A stretch of 64,000 bases of DNA from an uncultured Eubacteriales bacterium. GTDB lineage: Bacteria; Acidobacteriota; Aminicenantia; Aminicenantales; Aminicenantaceae. The number at the start of each line of letters is the position of its first letter. Within the stretch, counting starts at the first letter, position 1. Made by a program: the position numbers and the translations under genes. Below are positions 61,844 through 64,000 of this stretch, in pieces. The notes under the pieces were generated by a model. The model did no database searches, was not told the DNA's origin, and worked only from the letters and a program-made list of their open reading frames with translations. The stretch spans positions 1-64,000 of the forward strand of contig CAYNVQ010000003.1 of NCBI GenBank assembly GCA_964400735.1. Direction: 5' to 3'.

Positions 61844-63148
61844 TTGCTGGCGCTTAGCTTTGTAGGGACCATTTCCATGGGGGCTTTTCTGCTGCTTTTG
61901 CCCTTCAGCGTCAAGGCCGGACATATATCGTTTGTGGATGCACTCTTCACATCCACATCTGCCGTGTGTGTTACCGGCCTCATCGTCAAAGATACGGCCA
62001 CTTATTTTACGACCTTCGGGCAAATCGTCATCATGGTCCTCTTTCAATTGGGAGGGCTGGGAATCATGGCCTTCTCCACCCTTGTGTTACTGGTTGCCGG
62101 AAAAAAGATCTCCATTCAGGACAGGATCATCATCCAGCAAGGATATCATTATACATCGGCACAGAATGTGAAATCTCTGATCAAGAACATATTTATCTAT
62201 ACCTTGTTTATCGAAGGAGCTGGGACTCTTGTGCTGTTTCTGCACTGGCATAAAAAATTCCCAGGGATCAAAGGTTTTTTTTATTCCATTTTTCACGCGA
62301 TTTCTGCCTTTTGCAACGCAGGATTCTCGCTTTTCAGCGACAGCTTTATGTCTTTTCGGGGAGACATAATCGTCAATGTCACCATTGTCCTTTTGATCGT
62401 GCTCGGCGGCTTGGGATTCTTGGTACTTAAAGAAGGGCGGAAGAGCCTATTCAGCCGCCTGAAAAGAGAGAAGATAAAAATCTCCCTCCATTCCAAGATG
62501 ATTTTCGTTATCACCTTCCTTCTCATCGTCGTCCCGTTCCTATTCTTTCTGCTTTTCGAATGGAATAGATCATTGATGGGGTACACCCTGAAAGAGAAGG
62601 TGCTTTCTTCGCTTTTTCAGGTCATAACGCCTCGAACAGCAGGGTTCAATACCATGGACTTAAACACCTTGAGTTTTTCTGCTGTTTCCCTTTTGATTTT
62701 CCTGATGTTCATCGGCGCTTCCCCCGGATCCACAGGAGGTGGCATAAAGACCAGCACTTTCGGGGTCATTTTCGCCTTTATGAAATCCAGGATAGCTGCC
62801 AGGGATTCGGTCAGTATCTTCCGCAGAACGCTCCCGGGGCTGATCGTTATGAGGGCCTTTACGGTCGTGACTCTGAGTATCGGGGTGATTTTTCTTTCTT
62901 CTTTCATCCTCTTTATGATTCAACCCATGGTGTCCATGAAGCAAGTATTTTTCGAGGTGTTTTCCGCCTTTGGTACGGTGGGTCTTTCACTGGGGATCAC
63001 TCCTGAGCTCAACGATGCGGGAAAAATCGTGATCATCCTGACCATGTATATTGGGAGGATCGGTCCTTTGACCATGCTCTATGCCTTCAGCAGGGAAAAA
63101 GCTTTCGGAAAGTTCGAGTATGTTGAAGAAAGCGTGATGATCGGATAG
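61844..63148 (+). CDS. trkH: Trk/Ktr-family potassium transporter membrane subunit (TrkH/KtrB)
   Basis: 434 aa with an apparent TTG start. Multiple M-P-M repeats carrying selectivity-filter Gly motifs. Confidence 0.8.
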   Translation: MLALSFVGTISMGAFLLLLPFSVKAGHISFVDALFTSTSAVCVTGLIVKDTATYFTTFGQIVIMVLFQLGGLGIMAFSTLVLLVAGKKISIQDRIIIQQGYHYTSAQNVKSLIKNIFIYTLFIEGAGTLVLFLHWHKKFPGIKGFFYSIFHAISAFCNAGFSLFSDSFMSFRGDIIVNVTIVLLIVLGGLGFLVLKEGRKSLFSRLKREKIKISLHSKMIFVITFLLIVVPFLFFLLFEWNRSLMGYTLKEKVLSSLFQVITPRTAGFNTMDLNTLSFSAVSLLIFLMFIGASPGSTGGGIKTSTFGVIFAFMKSRIAARDSVSIFRRTLPGLIVMRAFTVVTLSIGVIFLSSFILFMIQPMVSMKQVFFEVFSAFGTVGLSLGITPELNDAGKIVIILTMYIGRIGPLTMLYAFSREKAFGKFEYVEESVMIG

Positions 63149-63157
63149 AATGAGACC

Positions 63158-63808
63158 ATGAAATTTGCGGTCATCGGATTGGGAAGCTTTGGATCCAATG
63201 TAGCCAAAACCCTGTACGAAAAAGACCATGAGGTTCTGGCTGTGGATAGGGATAAGAACAAAATAGAGGAAGTGAAGACCTTCGTTTCCCATGCGGTCCA
63301 TATGGAGGCTGCCGTCAAGGAAAATCTCGAAGCCCTGGAAATTCAAGATATGGATGTGGTGGTGGTGAGCCTTGGGCCTGAGATGGAAGCTTCGATTTTG
63401 ACTGTGCTTTATCTGAAGGAACTGGGAGCCGAACGCATCGTGGCCAAGGCGTTGACAGAAGACCACGGAAAGATTCTGGATGCTGTGGGAGCTACAGAAG
63501 TCATCTATCCCGAAAAGGACATGGCTATAAAAACAGCCCTGCGGCTGAGCAACCCGAATGTGCTGGAGTATCTTCCCCTTCTGTCCGGAATCGATATCCA
63601 GGAAATTGCCCCTCCTGAAAAATTTATCGGAAAGAGTCTGAAGGATCTAGACCTGAGAAATAAATACGGGGTGCAGGTCATTGCCATCAAGGAGATCATC
63701 CCGGAAAAAACAACCTATATCCCCAAAGCTGATTTTGTCATCAAGGACAGTGACATCCTTATCATGATGGGGGAGCAGGAACAATTGGATAAGATCAACA
63801 GGTTCTGA
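63158..63808 (+). CDS. trkA: Trk/Ktr potassium uptake NAD-binding regulatory subunit (TrkA/KtrA)
   Basis: 216 aa. Rossmann motif VIGLGSFG. RCK_N and RCK_C domains. Confidence 0.8.
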   Translation: MKFAVIGLGSFGSNVAKTLYEKDHEVLAVDRDKNKIEEVKTFVSHAVHMEAAVKENLEALEIQDMDVVVVSLGPEMEASILTVLYLKELGAERIVAKALTEDHGKILDAVGATEVIYPEKDMAIKTALRLSNPNVLEYLPLLSGIDIQEIAPPEKFIGKSLKDLDLRNKYGVQVIAIKEIIPEKTTYIPKADFVIKDSDILIMMGEQEQLDKINRF

Positions 63809-64000
63809 TCTTTGGGGCCGGCAAACTTTACACTCGGTTAGATTCCAGCCCTTTTTGATATCTGTTATCTATTATGGATGTATTATCTCCTGTGTCACCG
63901 CGATGAATGAAACACCGAAGCGATCCCATTTTATAGCGAGATGGCCACTTTTGCTTTGGTCACTCCCCTAAGGGTGTGATGATATTCAAGGCGGCTACAA

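Overview
This 64 kb window is a chromosomal segment from a diderm (Gram-negative) bacterium. GC content is about 50%. Gene order resembles Deltaproteobacteria/Desulfuromonadales-type genomes, but that assignment is tentative. Coding density is high and most genes are housekeeping.

Supported content, in order:
- A tRNA-Pro 3' fragment and a tRNA-Arg(TCT), with an unusual repeat and hairpin region between them.
- A complete type IV pilus locus, pilB-pilT-pilC-pilS-pilR-pilA. A textbook sigma-54 promoter sits in front of the pilin gene, and a rho-independent terminator follows it.
- plsC and gmhA.
- An unusual three-gene minus-strand unit: flotillin, then an aspartate-aminotransferase fused to an HprK-like P-loop domain, then a divergent ATP-type PEP carboxykinase.
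- UDP-glucuronate decarboxylase, rph, lpxL, lpxK.
- Two secreted proteins of unknown function.
- comEC, an M20 amidohydrolase, a standalone methylmalonyl-CoA-mutase catalytic subunit, and eno.
- YtxH- and DUF948-like small membrane proteins.
- A FecCD/BtuCDF-like ABC importer.
- leuS-lptE-holA, rpsT, dtd, and a HEAT-repeat protein.
- ftsY-ribD-ribE-ribBA and recJ.
- The rpoN region: a fused LptC/LptA-like protein, lptB, rpoN, hpf, ptsN, hprK, rapZ, an EIIA(Man), ptsH and ptsI.
- A single-domain response regulator, a cupin, and ssb.
- A complete Tol-Pal cluster, tolQ-tolR-tolA-tolB-pal-cpoB.
- trkH-trkA.

The features that look new:
(i) A family of at least four intergenic repeat elements of roughly 100-200 bp. 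One copy carries terminal inverted repeats. Each copy sits immediately 5' of a minus-strand gene start.
(ii) The aminotransferase::HprK-like fusion and its operon with pckA and flotillin.
(iii) A near-perfect long hairpin, about 33 bp of stem, in the tolQ/trkH divergent region.
(iv) Cobalamin-riboswitch-like sequence blocks in the btu-like/leuS intergenic region, in an unexpected orientation.
(v) Paired hairpin repeats between the two tRNAs.

No CRISPR array, obvious toxin-antitoxin pair, transposase or integrase was seen.
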